Positions 61,846-64,000 of a stretch of DNA of 64,000 nucleotides are shown one piece after another (positions within the stretch are counted from its first letter, which is position 1; each line of letters opens with the position of its first letter). Under the pieces are notes generated by a model that was given only the letters and a program-made list of their open reading frames with translations, searched no databases and was not told the origin of the DNA. Source of the stretch: Bacteroidota bacterium. Its GTDB lineage: Bacteria; Bacteroidota; Bacteroidia; Flavobacteriales; Flavobacteriaceae. Location: NCBI GenBank assembly GCA_023457535.1, contig JAEWLN010000169.1, positions 20,165 to 84,164 on the forward strand, in the 5' to 3' direction. Made by a program: the position numbers and the translations under genes.

Positions 61846-64000
61846 AAAGTTCAAATTCGTCTGTATCCTGTTCAAACTCCGCATCGGTGGTGTCTTTGAC
61901 CGGCACCCAGCAATCCACTTTGATCGACAGGTTTTTCGGACGTTCGAACTCGCCTTTGGAGACATTCAGTTCTTTATCGGCATAACATTTTTCCATGAAA
62001 AGGCCCCAGATAGGCAATGCCGATGTCGCGCCCTGTCCGTAAACCAGCGATTTGAACCGCGCCGAACGGTCTTCGCAACCCACCCAAACGCCTGTGGCCA
62101 AATTCGGCACCATGCCGACAAACCAACCGTCGGACTGGTTTTGTGTCGTTCCTGTTTTGCCCGCGATCGGATTGGTGAACGCATAAGGATAACCCGTGAC
62201 ACGGTTGTAGCCATGGCCGCCGCCCTGGGTTCTCAATCTGGCACCCGATCCGCTTTCGGTCACGCCCTGCAACAGTTTGACCACCGCAAAAGCGATGTCT
62301 TTGTTGAGCACGTCATGCGATTCGGCGACCGGCTCATAAATGACCACGCCGTTTTTGTCTTCGATCCGGCTGATGAACTGCGGCTGGATATAAACGCCTT
62401 CATTGGCAAAAGTACTGTATGCGGCGACCATTTCCTGTACCGTAATTTCCACCGCACCAAGCGCGATGGACGGCTGCGGCGGGATTTGCGAATGTACCCC
62501 GAGTTTGTGCGTAAGTTCCACAACGGCTTCCGGCCCGGTCTTGTCAATGAGCTTGGCCGATACGGTATTAATTGAAAGTGCGAGCGCTTTTTTAAGGGTG
62601 ACCATGCCGCGGTATTCGCCGTTTGAGTTTTGCGGCGTCCAGGTTTCAGTAACGTTGTGGCGTCCTTTAGGGATCGTGAACGGCGAGTCGATGATCGAAT
62701 CACACGGCGACATGTTGAGCTGTTCGATGGCTGTGGCATACACAAACGGCTTGAATGTCGAGCCCACCTGACGCGCACCCTGGCCTACGTGATCGTATTG
62801 GAAATATTTGTAATTGTTGCCGCCCACCCATGCCTTGACGTGGCCTGTGGATGGCTCCATCGCCATGACGCCCGATTGCAGGAATCCTTTGTAATAGCGG
62901 ATCGAGTCCGTTGGGGTCATCACTGTGTCGCGTTCGCCTTTCCAGGTAAAAATCTTCATTTTGGTCTTCACGCCAAACGATTTGACGATTTCCGCCTCAG
63001 ATTTTCCCTGTCCTTCCATCTGGCGCCAGCGGTCTGAATTTTTCATCGCTTTGCGCATGAGCTTTTCTGTTTCCTGTTCGTTGAGGCGCAAAAACGGACG
63101 GTTCTTGTTGTTCTTTTGTTCGGAGTCGAACTCCTGCTGCAGGTTGGCCAGGTGTTCGTACACGGCTTCCTCTGCGTATTGCTGCATGCGCGAATCGAGC
63201 GTGACGTAAATTTTGAGCCCGTCTTTGTAGATGTCGTATTCCGATCCGTCGGCTTTTTTGTTTTCCTTGGCCCATTTGCCCATGAAATCACGCAGGTATT
63301 CCCGGAAATACGTCGCAAGACCTTCTTTGTGGCTTTCGGGTTGGAACTTGAGCTCGATCGGTTTTTTCGACAGCGAGGTTTTGGCCGATTCTTCGAGGAA
63401 TCCGTTTTTGACCATCTGCCCGAGTACTACATTGCGCCGGGTTTTGACCTTTTCCATGCGTCGGACCGGATTGTAGAGCGATGGGTTTTTGAGCATTCCT
63501 ACCAGCATCGCACTTTCCTCAATGGTCAGATCGCGCGGCTCCTTGCCAAAATAGACCTTGGCCGCTGACCGGATGCCCACGGCCGTATTGACAAAATCGG
63601 CTTTGTTCAGGTACATCGCGATGATTTCGTTCTTGGTGTATTGCCGCTCGAGGCGGATTGCAATGATCCACTCTTTTGCCTTTTGGACAAGCCGGAACAA
63701 AAAGAACTTCGATCCTTCGCCGTGGAACAGCAATTTGGCGAGCTGTTGCGTGAGTGTACTGGCTCCGCCGCTGGTTCCCAGGCTCAGGGCTGCGCGCATG
63801 GTTCCGCGTCCGTCAATGCCGGAATGTTCGTAAAAACGCTCGTCTTCAGTAGCGATCAAAGCGTCGACCAGGTGCTTGGGCAAGTCTGAATACTTGACCA
63901 TGGTGCGGTTTTCGTTGTAGAATTTTCCGATCGTCACGCCGTCTGCCGATATGATTTCCGTAGCAAGGTTCGAATCGGGATTTTCGAGGTCTTCGAATGA
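61844..64000 (-). CDS. mrcA: Class A penicillin-binding protein (PBP1A), 5' end outside window
   Basis: ATEDERFYEHSG, GASTLTQQLAK, GSTFKP, SIN, AGKTGT; frame stays open to the window edge. Confidence 0.93.
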   Translation of the reverse strand, partial: SFEDLENPDSNLATEIISADGVTIGKFYNENRTMVKYSDLPKHLVDALIATEDERFYEHSGIDGRGTMRAALSLGTSGGASTLTQQLAKLLFHGEGSKFFLFRLVQKAKEWIIAIRLERQYTKNEIIAMYLNKADFVNTAVGIRSAAKVYFGKEPRDLTIEESAMLVGMLKNPSLYNPVRRMEKVKTRRNVVLGQMVKNGFLEESAKTSLSKKPIELKFQPESHKEGLATYFREYLRDFMGKWAKENKKADGSEYDIYKDGLKIYVTLDSRMQQYAEEAVYEHLANLQQEFDSEQKNNKNRPFLRLNEQETEKLMRKAMKNSDRWRQMEGQGKSEAEIVKSFGVKTKMKIFTWKGERDTVMTPTDSIRYYKGFLQSGVMAMEPSTGHVKAWVGGNNYKYFQYDHVGQGARQVGSTFKPFVYATAIEQLNMSPCDSIIDSPFTIPKGRHNVTETWTPQNSNGEYRGMVTLKKALALSINTVSAKLIDKTGPEAVVELTHKLGVHSQIPPQPSIALGAVEITVQEMVAAYSTFANEGVYIQPQFISRIEDKNGVVIYEPVAESHDVLNKDIAFAVVKLLQGVTESGSGARLRTQGGGHGYNRVTGYPYAFTNPIAGKTGTTQNQSDGWFVGMVPNLATGVWVGCEDRSARFKSLVYGQGATSALPIWGLFMEKCYADKELNVSKGEFERPKNLSIKVDCWVPVKDTTDAEFEQDTDEFEL

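Overview
Core-genome segment of a Flavobacteriaceae bacterium, most likely Flavobacterium. Support: TAnnTTTG promoters, sprE-bactofilin-atpBEFHAG synteny, T9SS C-terminal domains and a split atp operon. Nearly all of the window is recognisable housekeeping DNA: GT9, a ferredoxin reductase, sprE, atp, dut, envC, dprA, trpS, an ECF sigma/anti-sigma pair, recA, acyl-ACP desaturase, a heme biosynthesis cluster (hemJ/H/A/C/D/E/F/B) with a divergent AraC regulator, an orphan multi-PAS kinase, ogt, katG, T9SS cargo, scoA/B and PBP1A. The standout is an apparently non-coding, AT-rich 1.6 kb gap (1388-2996) holding four dispersed ~77-bp units. Each unit has an invariant core TGGGGCCCCAATGCCCCTTCCCCA placed exactly 35 nt from CAGAAAAAC. 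On the minus strand each reads as a TTACAG-N5-CTGTAA-like box, then 21 nt, then a -7-like element, then GGGGAAGGGGCATTGGGGCCCC. This is best explained as an array of separately promoted sibling small RNAs. The same box/-7 geometry recurs at three or four other places in the window, suggesting an undescribed regulon. There are also five Flavo-1-like dispersed elements, several 7/8-mer periodic hairpin spacers at operon junctions, a 26-bp REP-like inverted repeat, and candidate Fur, AraC and OxyR sites. No CRISPR, rRNA, tRNA, transposase or phage genes were seen. All family names come from motif recognition, not database searches.
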